In this document: piece by piece, positions 1 through 10,739 of the stretch
Numbering within the stretch: position 1 is the stretch's first letter
Layout: every line of letters begins with the position of its first letter
Assembly (NCBI GenBank): GCA_030704615.1
Contig: CM060732.1
Location: 71,858,001-71,922,000 of the forward strand
DNA: 64,000 nucleotides
From: Takakia lepidozioides
Taxonomy: Eukaryota > Plantae > Bryophyta
Reading direction: 5' to 3'
Notes under the pieces: generated by a model
What the model saw: only the letters and a program-made list of their open reading frames with translations
What the model was told of the DNA's origin: nothing
The model's database searches: none
Position numbers and translations under genes: made by a program

Positions 1-227
1 CGCGAGAAACGATTTTCTGGCAAAGAATGGCCGATGCGATTCTGTCTCCTCCTCTGCAACAGGGTCTGGTTCAGGCAAGTCTCCCAGCTTCTCCTCGTCG
101 GACGACTCTGCAAGGCTGAGTGTACGCACAAACATAGAATGAAGTACATTAGAGAATTCAAACAGGGAATCATCGGCAGGTTGCATGGTCCCTACAACCG
201 AAACCAATACACTTACTATGGTGCAAC

Positions 228-1150
228 TCACTCGAAGACAGGCATTGGGGGAAGCGGCTTTGGGCGCCCCTGCATCGAACGAATTTCCTGGACTTCCTCC
301 TCTTCATCTTCCTCCTCCCCTTCCACGTCCTCTTCTGCGTTTTTGGGATCCTCAGTCGGAGGCAGACGCTGAAGGCCCGCCAAATTGTAATCGTACAAGG
401 CCGTATCCCCCTCAAATGAGAACACAAATCGGTTCGACATCCCGCCCACATACAGGCACCTGCGAATTCGTACGACACAACCACAGCCAAACTCAAGAAT
501 GAGTCGCTTCCTCGCACAAGCAAACATACGCAAACAGAAATGGTGTCAATTTCGGTACCGCATTCAATTAACGTTCTCACCTGTATTTGCAGTGACGTCG
601 AGGACCCTGCCTTCAACATCCGTACACGTTTCCATGAGCGTCTGGATGAATGTAGGACTCCTGGTCCTGCCATACCTCCATGGCTTGCCCGACAAATCAC
701 AAAGAATGTCCTTCTCTCCCACATGGTTGAACAGGACGTTATACTCTAGTGGATCAACTGTGGAATCAACAAGTCTTCCTGCTTCACGTAATTTGAATTT
801 TGAATATTCCTTCACGAAGCAAAACGCCTGAAAGATAAGAGTCTGCAGAGAAGGAAATGAAAACGTCAGAGGTGGCCTACACGTACAGGGGCAATTTCGG
901 CGTAGAAATTGACATAGCAGAGGAGAACCACAGCATACCTTTTGGCCATCGTTGAGAAGACCCTGCGTGTTGATGCAAGTCCAGATCTTTTTCAGGATGG
1001 GTGCTGCACTTCTCCCCGTCCATACTTTGATATCATTCTCAGTGACTTCTCCATCGGCTGCTAGCACAACAACACAGCCAGCGTCGTCCAACATGTTGGC
1101 TGCGAACCCGAATGTGTGGCTCCAGTATCTTTCGGAAGTCGAACCCGAGA
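228..1150 (-). pseudogene. Spliced, 5'-truncated gene fragment resembling the C-terminal half of an N4C/N6A (beta-class) DNA methyltransferase, with an acidic tail
   Basis: GT-AG introns at 938-843 (96 bp) and 580-460 (121 bp). The spliced peptide reads ...YWSHTFGFAANMLDDAGCVVVL...KPWRYGRTRSPTFIQTLMETCTDVEGRVLDVTANTG|ACMWAG(frameshift)SNRFVFSFEGDTALYD. This resembles the KPxxLxxxLIxxxSxxGDxVLDPFxGSGTT...xRxFIGIE pattern. There is one frameshift near 440 and no catalytic (D/S)PPY motif is seen. Confidence 0.55.
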
Positions 1151-1728
1151 CCTAACTGCAAGGAGGTAAAGTCAGGATGGGCAGCAAAAATTCACTTGCA
1201 ATTTTGGTATCCATGATGGAATCATGTGAGAATATTTCTGATGCTTTCTTCAGATGGGTTTTGAAGGGCTCTGCCCGGGATTCTTCTCTAAACCAGAAGC
1301 AACAAATGGTGGTTATTAGAGGGGGACCCGCTAAATCAGTGGCTTCCCTGTGGAAACAGCCGCCTTGGTAGAGCAGCCCAGGATTGGGATTGCATACCCC
1401 AAGATATGCCGGGTCAGTCGCTCCCCATAGCCAGCCTCTCCACCCTTTGAGGGCCCCCAACAAAGGTTCGGGGTGGGCAGCCCAGGCCCTTCATTTTGGC
1501 CATTTAGGTCATACTTTCTTAGGGTACTGATATCATGAATACTTTAGGGTTTCTTTTAAGGGTTCCATAAACCCTAAAAAGTATTCCATACATACATATG
1601 GTATCCCTTCTGTATCTCAAATATCTATGTTCCACTGTAATGTGCCAACATGCCGGTTCTTCGAGCAAGACTGATGACTCTGGACAGGACTTCATAGAAT
1701 CTGAATTCGACTGTCCTCCCACATGCAG

Positions 1729-1940
1729 GTTTCAAGTGAACCTGAGTTGTGGGAGAAGTCTCGCAGGGAATTGGTGAATACGTTATGCGCCACTTATGCA
1801 TCTGACGAATTCAAAGAGACCTGCAACAACTATGCATACGACGGAGGAAATGTCGTATTCACATGTTGAGTTTCTGAGGACAAAAAATTACATGAGGTTG
1901 TCTTGCATGAAAATCAACTAGTGCGAGGGCCATTTTTCAG
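1729..1940 (+). pseudogene. Isolated Argonaute N-domain exon
   Basis: Flanked by tgcag| and |gt. Translates VSSEPELWEKSRRELVNTLCATYASDEFKETCNNYAYDGGNVVFTC*VSEDKKLHEVVL, matching the plant AGO pattern R..L...Y...AYDGxxxLFT..L......VVL. Contains an internal stop. Confidence 0.65.
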
Positions 1941-2542
1941 GTGTGTTAAGTGTGAACCTGACCTGCTGCGTTTCTGACATTTGAACTTATCGATCGATAG
2001 TCTTAGATAGGACTTTAAAGCTGCAGTGTCACGAGCACTGTCAGTTAGACCTTCCACTCACCTTCCACTCCTGAGTCCATTCTTTTGTGGAACGTTGACT
2101 GTACATAGGTGCTCGAAGCCGGGAGTTGACAGACGGGCCCTTCAGTAGCTCGGCCTTGATGATCCATGGACACGTTCTGAAGACTAATCAGTAACTGGGA
2201 GATCAGTGTGTTCGTAGACGCACGATTGCAGCCTTTTAATTCTCTCTTTCTCTGTCTCTACAAGGTTCACTCCTTGGCCTCATCCTTGTCATAAGCCATC
2301 TGTAGCAATCAGATTAAATAGTACCAGTTCGGGAAGGGGGCACAAAAGTGATGGTAGTCACACCTACAAATTTTTTTTAAATCTACCTTTGAGATCACGA
2401 GGCTTTCCTTTAAACTGCCAGTTGTTTGGGTGTTGCTGTGAGACTCTTATTAGGCACCTTTGCTGAGAATCAAGCCTGGTCTGTGTTTGAAATATCTGAT
2501 GGACAAACATGAGAAGGCTAATGGGAAGGCTGGGTGATGCAG

Positions 2543-3649
2543 GGAAATGAGAATAACGTGAAAAAGGTATCCCTCACTGGAGCAATTCACCCCGCATTTG
2601 CGTACATAACTCAGCCTTGTCCTGCTCTTTGCACGATGCCTGCCTTCTGCAGCTGTCTAGAATATGAATATCTATATGAGATTTCCAAAAGTATGCCTGT
2701 TTACAGTTCTGATCTATTCTAGGAAAATTTTAGGGAAGAGTTCTTGAGCAATGCAAGCATTTCTGTGGGGCAGTAGATGTGCCCTGGACTTCTTATCTTT
2801 GCCAGATCTATATGTGCCCTGTGTGGAAAGGTGTTGGATTACCTTTTGAAATGAATTACACTTGCAATTGTGAAGCTGTAAGGGCCCAGATGCACGACAG
2901 GTGGCAGGAAAGCAGGCACACATCAGCGGCCAAAGAAGAAATCAATGTGACCCGATGGAGGCAACTAAAACAGAATTTGGAGTCTAAGCAAAAGGTAGAC
3001 TTCCCATTTCACATCCGAGTTGGATGTCTGAGTCAAGCTACCTTCCCTGAAAGCACTGTGCACAGAGACTAGTTCAGGCATTCTAAACCTTCTTGCATAG
3101 GGTAAGTCTAATGAAACACAATCTGAATTGTGCTCTTGGACAATGCTGGGTGTATAGCGCAGGGGCCAGCCTTGAGACGATGTGTGGAGGAGATTGTGTT
3201 TTCCTATACTTACCCAAGACTCGATTTGGAGGTATATTCCTAAAGGCTGTTAGTATTAACAAAAGAACACTCCAGTGTGCTTTCAACTTATATCCTGGCT
3301 CCTGGTGTAATGTACAGACCCCAGTTTTGAATTGCTAAACTGAAAAAACGATCCTCCCTTTGAACACATGAGCTTTTTTAAATCAGAAAGCATATTCTTT
3401 CATGGTAGTAGGGACTCCCCAGTCTGTAAGGAGGTTGGAACTGCGGGTTTGGCTTTGCTCTTACAGGTGACGAAGCACATGAATCACTTGCTTAAGGCCC
3501 CCTTCTGTGTGCATCCAAAAACTGGTAAGACTAAAACATAAGAGTGCGTGTATGCAGCAACATGGCTCTCCTATGTACATGCACAGCATGTAACTTAAAG
3601 CTGATGCTTGATCCTGCAGGTCGTGTGTGCGTGCCTATCGATCCACCAG
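2543..3649 (+). pseudogene. PRI1: DNA primase small subunit, internal exons only
   Basis: Exons with splice sites encode GNENNVKKVSLTGAIHPAFA, AVRAQMHDRWQESR...INVTRWRQLKQNLESKQK, LRRCVEEIVFSYTYPRLDLE, VTKHMNHLLKAPFCVHPKTG and RVCVPIDP. Confidence 0.88.
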
Positions 3650-3929
3650 GTACAAAACAGAAAATATCAATGCCTTATGTATTCACTGATACTGTATTGC
3701 CTCACTCCCGTGCAATTGTCTACTAACAGTGGTCTTGTGTAGGACTAGTTTGCCAGAGTCTCAGATAGTTACATGAGGTACTGACTGGCGATTGCATTGT
3801 GTGCATAGCTTCTGAATGAACTCAATCAGACTGAGGCCCTGCTTGCAGGCAATGGCCCGGGGAAAAAGAGGGCAACAGATTGTCCTTCGTCCTTGCTGGC
3901 TAATGGGTATTTGTGGATCTTCAGCTTTG

Positions 3930-4290
3930 ATAATCTCAACATGGACCTGTCTGCCCTGCTCCAGGGCTGTCAGGCTGAAACATGCACTGAGAACTCAAAT
4001 GAGAGTGACCTTGCTGGGCATCACCCCTTGTCGTATCATTTGCTGATAGAAGTTTGAAGCCTCCATGTTCCCACATTTGGCATACATGGTAGAAAGGGCA
4101 GGTCCGGAGAATCACATCTGGTCTAATGCCAGCTTTTCTTGGACCTCTTTGCCTTTGTAGGCCTCCCAGGATGCAACACACCTTAAGAATGCATCCACCA
4201 CACTGCCACCCTTGACATAAATGTTGAGACTGTTATGGAGCAAAAAGATGTTCGGCTTGAATCCACTTCTAATGATTGAGGTACGTGCCA
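3930..4290 (-). pseudogene. Degenerate PLS-PPR fragments
   Basis: SGFKPNIFLLHNSLNIYVKGGSVVDA, MYAKCG, VLSACFSLTALEQGRQVH, broken by frameshifts. Confidence 0.75.
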
Positions 4291-4739
4291 GACCCATCCA
4301 TATTTCAGATACCCACTGTGTGTGTATAGAGCAGTTTATTCCTATATTTGTAGTGAGCAAGAGCCGACACCTATTTTGCATCAGAAGTCATCCATTGAAC
4401 TAGCATTGTACCATTTTAATCTGTCATTGTGATCAGACATGTTTGGGGTTTGATAGGATCACACGCGGCCAAACTTCAATTCAAGTGCACGGTTTGCAGC
4501 GTTGGGGAACAGCTTCTCTGTATACACAGTTGCGTTTCACTTCTCAGTGCTACGGCAACTCTACCCAGGCAGAGATAGCCCTCCACCAGTTAGGCATAAA
4601 GCTCAAGGTAGTGGTTTCTATTGAGATCATTGACGGTACCCGTCGTTGCATTCAGGCTTGGTGGGCAGCCAACAAGCAGACCAGTGTTCTCGACCACGGC
4701 TATCATCACGTAACCTCCCTGAGACGGGGAGATTTATTC

Positions 4740-6545
4740 AACCTTGTGGGCGTGCAGTTGATTTCCCTCTGCCAAGCCTTTCATCAAGTCCATGGAGAGC
4801 AGGGTAACGAAACACACTGGCCCGGATCCTCGATGCACCCACATTTGGCATACATGTCCACGAGGGTATTGTTCAGAATCACATCTGGTACAATTCCAGC
4901 TTTGCGATGCAACCATGCACCGCTTTGCCCTTTTCCAGGGCTGCCAGGCTTGCACACGCACACACACGTGATGTGGTCGGGCTTCACTTCTTCCGCCAAC
5001 ATTTGCTCATAGGTCTCCAAAGCGTCCATCCCACGCCCCTGCTGTGCATACTCTGCAAGCATCGTGTCCCACGACATCACATTTCGTTCAGCCATTGTGT
5101 TGAACACTCTCTTCGCATCCTCCATGCTCCCTTATTTGGCATACATGTCCACCAGGGCAGTGTTCAGGATGACATTTGGGTACAATTGCAGCTTTGATGA
5201 TGTCACCATGGACCTCTTTGCCCTTTTCCAGGGCTGCCAGGCTTGCACAAGCATTGCAAACGCACACAGACATGATGTGGTTGGGCTTCAACCCTTCCCC
5301 CATCATTTGCTCATAGGTCTCCAAAGCCTCCATCCCGCGCCCCTGCTGTGCATATCCTGCAAGCATGGCGTTCCATGACACCAAATCTCGTTCAGCCATA
5401 CTGTTGAACACTCCCTTCACATCCTCGATGCTCCCAGATTTGGCATACCTGTCCACGAGGGCAGTGTTCAGAATGACATTCGGTACAATTCCAGATTTGA
5501 CGATGTCACCATAGACCTCTTTGCCCTTTTCCAGAGCTGCCAGGGCAGTGTTCAGAATGACATTTGGTACAATTCCAGCTTTGATGATGTCCTCATGCAC
5601 CTCTTTGCCCTTTTCCAGGGCTGCCCGGCTTGCACAAGCATTGCAAATGCACACAAACGTGACGTGGTCAGGCTTCACCCCTTCCCCCATCATTTGCTCA
5701 TAGGTCTCCAATCCTCCATACCACGTCCTTGCTGTGCATACCCTGCAAGCATTGCGTTCCACGACACCACATCTCGTTCAGCCAGAGTGTTGAAAACTCC
5801 CTTTGCATCCTCAATGCACCCACATTTGGCATATATGTTCACCAGGGCACATCTGGTACAATTCCAGCTTTGACGATGTTACCATGGACCTCTTTTCCCT
5901 TTTCCAAGGCTCCCAGGCTTGCACACGCATTGCAAACACAAACAAACGTGATGTGGTTGGGCTTCACCCCTTCGCGCATCATTTGCTCATAGGTCTCCAA
6001 AGCATTCGTACCACATCCATGCTTGGTAAATCCTCCAGCATTATATTCCACGTGATCAAAGATCGTTGAGGCATTCTGTTCAACACTTGGTGAGCATCCA
6101 TGATGCTCCCGCACTTAACACACATGTTGACAAGGGTGTTGAGTAGAAAAACGTTTGGCGTGAATCCACTTTAGATAATGTGAGTGTACACCTGCTTTCC
6201 AGCTTCCAGGCCTTTCATCTTGATGCACTTATGCAAGAGACAGACGTACGTATCTGAATCTGCTGAAATGCCTCCTTGGTTTAAAGTCTGTAGAGCCTCT
6301 TTCAGTCTGCCTCCCTCACAAAGCATCTTCACATGCCCAGAAGTGCCAGAAGAGGCATTGTGGACTCCCTCTCTTGATCCCCTTCCAGAAGCTGTGGTCA
6401 TGGTTGAGGTGCCTGATTTTATCAACTGTGCCGCTGCAGCTGCGGCTTCCAGTTGACCATCTACCCATGCAGGTTTCTTGTAGCTATCCTTCCACAGGGA
6501 ACCATAGGTAATCTGGAGCTTGAAATCCAGCCCTCTTGGATGAAT
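4740..6545 (-). pseudogene. PLS-class PPR pseudogene with an N-terminal OSB-type PDF half-motif exon (copy A)
   Basis: IHPRGLDFKLQITYGSLWKDSYKKPAWVDGQL reads in frame into MLCEGGRLKEAL...DSDTYVCLLHKC. This is followed by repeated P-L-S triplets ([14 protein letters not shown] / PDHVTFVCICNACASLAALEKGKEVH / PNVILNTALVDMYAKCGSIEDA) with stops and frameshifts. Confidence 0.9.
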
Positions 6546-7420
6546 CTGGACCCACACTCTATCCCTGCTCCTTCAGCTATCACTGCCTCTGCACAAATCA
6601 TGCATACATCCTTGCCTTGCTGCCAGCAGCTGACAATGACAGCCTACATTTGTTCTAGGAAACACCCAACGCAGCTTATCACACTAGTTCATATGCTGAA
6701 TAGCGTCTGCTACTCTCTAATCGAACAGGCATTCACCTTTTTTCCTCGGTTGTCCCACCATTGACTGGGGTCGGAAAAGTATTCATTCCACATCTTCTCC
6801 TCGTCTCTGTTACCTGTTTCTGGATACTTTCGTGTTGTCAGATTGGCAGTATCATGTCAAAGTCAACTCAACCAGCTAACTTGCAGAAGTCAACATGGGA
6901 ATTTAGGGCCGATTCTGATAAGAGGGAAAAACAGGGTGAAATGTGTTGAAGAAGGTGCCTTGATTAGCAGTGCCTGATTTTATCAATTGTGCCGCTGCTG
7001 CTGTGGCTTCCAGTTGACCATCTACCCATGCAGGTTTCTTGTAGCTATCCATCCACAGGGAATCATAGGTAAGCTTGAGCTTGAAATCCGGCCCTTTTGG
7101 ATGAATCTGGACCCAAACTCTAGCCTGCTCCTTCAGCTATCCATGCCTCTGCTCAAATCATGCATACATCCTTGCTGCTAGCAGCTGACAATGACAGCCT
7201 AGATTTCTTCTAGCAAACACCCCAACCATACTTATCACACTAGTTCCTATGCTGACTTGCGCTTCCAACAGGCATTCACCTTGTTGCCTCGATTGTTCCA
7301 CCCTTGACTGCGGTCAGAAACGTGTTCATTCCAGAGCTTCTCCTCATCTCTGTTATCTGTTTTTGTATACTTTCCTACTGCCACATCGGCAGTAACTTGT
7401 CAAAGTCACTCCAAACCACC
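6411..7420. repeat. ~560 bp tandem duplication containing the PDF-motif exon (second copy at 7106-6975, minus strand)
   Basis: gcctgattttatcaa(c/t)tgtgccgctgc occurs at 6411 and 6972. The second exon copy reads IHPKGPDFKLKLTYDSLWMDSYKKPAWVDGQL. Confidence 0.9.
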
Positions 7421-7676
7421 ACAGATCCACCCAACGAGCTCTTGTGTGTGCTGCTTGTGTCTGTAGTCAGGTAATGTCGGATTGGTCTGCGAGAACCACC
7501 ACGGTGCAGCTGAGCAGGCAGAGATTGAAACATGGCCTGCTAAGACCAAGCTGACTCTCCCAAGAACCTTGTAAAAATCAGGAAGAATACCAAATCATGG
7601 TACTAACAGGAGCCAAGAGCCCACATTTTCAGGATGGACAAGCTTCTTCACATCGTACATTAAGAAAAAGCCACAC

Positions 7677-7763
7677 CTTGCGATTGCGGTTGTCCCACCA
7701 TCGTGAAGGATCTTTAAAAAACTCATGCCAGCTCTGCTCCGTGCTCCAAGGTAGAGGTTTGTG
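7677..7763 (-). pseudogene. Exon encoding the first half of an OSB/PDF motif
   Basis: Translates HKPLPWSTEQSWHEFFKDPSRWWDNRNRK, followed by a phase-0 donor AAG|GTGTGG. Confidence 0.8.
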
Positions 7764-8897
7764 CTCGAAAATCCAACAGCATCAACATTTTGACAAGGTC
7801 CTTTATGGAGGGGTGCTAGGAAGCATGAGTGTGAAGCATTCCTAACCTAGTGAGCTGAACATTCATGCAAGTTGTTTTGGGCTCCATTGGGCTCTACACG
7901 GTGAGGAACAACGAACATGTCCAGACTTACACAGATGCTGACCCAGCTTATGTTTGCAGTCTGGAGATTGTAGAGTGGTCTCTGAAAACGACCAGGGAGG
8001 AAGTCGCTGAGCAGCCAGAGTCTTTTACCCTGGGTCTTTTCTCACGTTCCAATATGTACCCCAAAGTCGTTCAAAATGTCAAAACCTGACCTAATTTTTC
8101 CTTTCAATTTGGAGGTACCTTGCCGAGATGATGTTCCAGTTCCTCCATTTTGTTCAATAACGTCAGCTACACCCATTACAACATTTTGTTTTCAAAGGTA
8201 CTTTGTGTTCCAAGTTTGTTGGCAGAGTGGATAACTGTATCCTGCATTTCAACATCAATGCATACTTGGAGAAGTCATCCTGGGGAAAAGGAGTACAGTA
8301 CTTTCAGTTTTGCTTCCTTGACCCTCTTATACGAGTTTGTAAGGTGACATCACTACCCTCCAGATTTGAATGTCATGCACTTCATCCCAGGTGCTTTCTT
8401 GGCAAAATTTTCAAGGAGCAGCTGTCCATATGTTTGATGCTTATGTATCAGCTTACACAGGTTTTAGTGTCTCTGTACCCTCTTTTGGGCGTCCCTTACT
8501 ACCAACCCTTTTATGAATTGTGATGTGAAATCTAGTTGGCATGGGAGGCTGAGTTGGTGTATTCTCACCAAGACAAGCTGCAAGAAGCAGAAGCGAGACC
8601 CAATTTGAGCTGGTCAATGATAAAAATCAAGTTCTATGGAGTCTACATTCTTACTATTGAAGTACTTGAAGAAAGAGGAGATTGGGAGAAAGAGCAGGCA
8701 GTCTTCATATTTCCAAGAACTAAAACTTTCATTCCTCTAATGCGTTGATCAGGCTACAGTTTTCTCCTTGTAATAGTAGTATTAGTAGCAGTAAGACTAC
8801 TAGTGGTATTATCACAATACTAAACTTCAGGGCTTTCCGAACTTGAAATCTTTGCAATTTTGCTTATTTCCCGTAGTGGGCATGGTCTGGGGTGCAG

Positions 8898-10739
8898 GTG
8901 ATGTGGCATTTCGAGTGGTGAATGCAATCCACAGGGCAGAGCAACGCAATCCTGGGAAAGGTTCGGCAGAGGATGAGAGCGTGTGTTTGTCTGTGACATC
9001 AACCCTGCCATGCTGGAGGTGGGCAAGGAGCGTGCCCGTGAACGAGTTTCTTTCCGTTGACCTGTTGCTCTGCTAAACAGGTTGACGTTTGTCACCTGAT
9101 CGAGGCTTGGTAAGCCTTGGTAAGGACGTGTCCTTAAGTTAGTCTTATGATAATCTCGCTTTTTGCAGTCTTGTGGCATAGACCCTAGTGCCTAGGTAGC
9201 ATGGATCAGAAAAGGGGGCTGGGGTGGGGTTGTACTTTCATAGACTTGTCGGTGTTGAGTAAGACTGTATCTATGGTGTGTGGGAAACAGGGCTGGGAGA
9301 TGTGTTGTCACTGGTCTGGATGGAAGGGGATGCAGAGATGCTGAGCCTGAGTGACAATAGCAGGGATGGCTACACAATTGCCTTTGGGATTCGAAATGTC
9401 ACACACATTGATTGTGCTTTAAAAGAGACCCACAGGCAAAGTTCCTTCCAATGGCTAAGAGTTTTGGGCTGTTGCATGGGGCTATAGCTGAACATTGGAA
9501 GTTAGCTGCCTCTCTCTCTATTTTTACCCCCACTTCTGTACTGGGCCCTGCACACCAGACGACATTGTACAGACCACGACCTACTGAATATATCTCTTGA
9601 CACAGTACACCACATTTAAATGATGTGGTCGTCCTTTATTTGATGAGTGATGAAATTTGAAGCTTCTGCCTCATGATAACCTAAACAGAGACTGGTTTAG
9701 CAGGGTTTTGCGTCACGAGTGGAGGACGGTTCTTATGCCTGGAATGAAGCCATGTAGATATCCCTGGCTTCAGACAAGTGTGAGCATTTTCTACTTTGTT
9801 TCAGTTGCTTGAAGCACACCTGCTAAGAGTTATGCTTATGAACTCCAGTGCAAATTTTCCCTTCTATCAACAAAGTCTTGGGGTCTTCCCCTTTTGAAAT
9901 TAAAAAAGTGTTGATGTTTGAGGGAAATTCTGGTGTTTGTGAAGCTTAGTCTGTCTCTCAATCTCCCCTGTGCTTATGCTTCCTTTTCTCTCTTCTCTTC
10001 TCGTTTTTACTTCCTTCCAGCCTCAGGAAGTGCATTTGAATGATGAAGAAATTGCTGCAGGTATGACATGTATTCCTTCAAAATGCTATTCCAGCCATGG
10101 GTGAGCTAGTCTCAGGAGATCGAGCATCATACCAATGTTTGGTGGAAAGTGTTCGCAAGTTTCCAGCCCAGGTAAGAATGTCGTTGTCAATTATCCTTCT
10201 ACTTTAAGATTGGGGCACTACCTTCAAGGGGAAGTGACTCTTCAGCAGAAGTCTTCTCTCTCTCTACTGATCATGACTCCTTTCAAAAGAGGATGATGGG
10301 TCCTGAAATGGATGTTAAGTTCTGTGTCAATGTCTCTCATATGATAATGTCGAGGTGTCATAGCCGACGCTCAACTCTTTGTGGCACCCATCGACCTGTA
10401 GTTTAGGGTACATTCTTTTCGAGGGTACGATAGGTACTTAGAAAATGCACTGCAGGATTCCAATTGCCATAGCTTGCAAGCATCTGCCTGTATGAAGCAA
10501 AGGTCTCCAGAAGCCAGGTAATAGAGTTATGCTGCTTTGGTGATGGTCATTGTGGGATGGTGAGCGGCACCTAAAGTGTAGCAGCTGCAGGTTTAGGAAA
10601 AGTTGTAGCTGATCTGGGGATGGTATGTCATGTGCAGGACAAGTTTGCAGCCATGATAACCGATGCAGGCTTCCAGGATGTGGAGTATGAGAACTTGGTC
10701 GGTGGTGTGGTTGCCATCCACTCCGGTTTCAAACTCTAG
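8898..10739 (+). pseudogene. COQ5: COQ5 ubiquinone C-methyltransferase, 5'-truncated, five exons
   Basis: GDVAFRV..VCDINPAMLEVGKERA; [25 protein letters not shown]; GGRFLCLE*SHVDIP; [26 protein letters not shown]; DKFAAMITDAGFQDVEYENLVGGVVAIHSGFKL*. Contains frameshifts and a stop. Confidence 0.92.

Noticed and set aside
4443-6069. Many + strand ORFs of 60-190 aa
   Set aside because: Mostly antisense shadows of the minus-strand PPR pseudogene.
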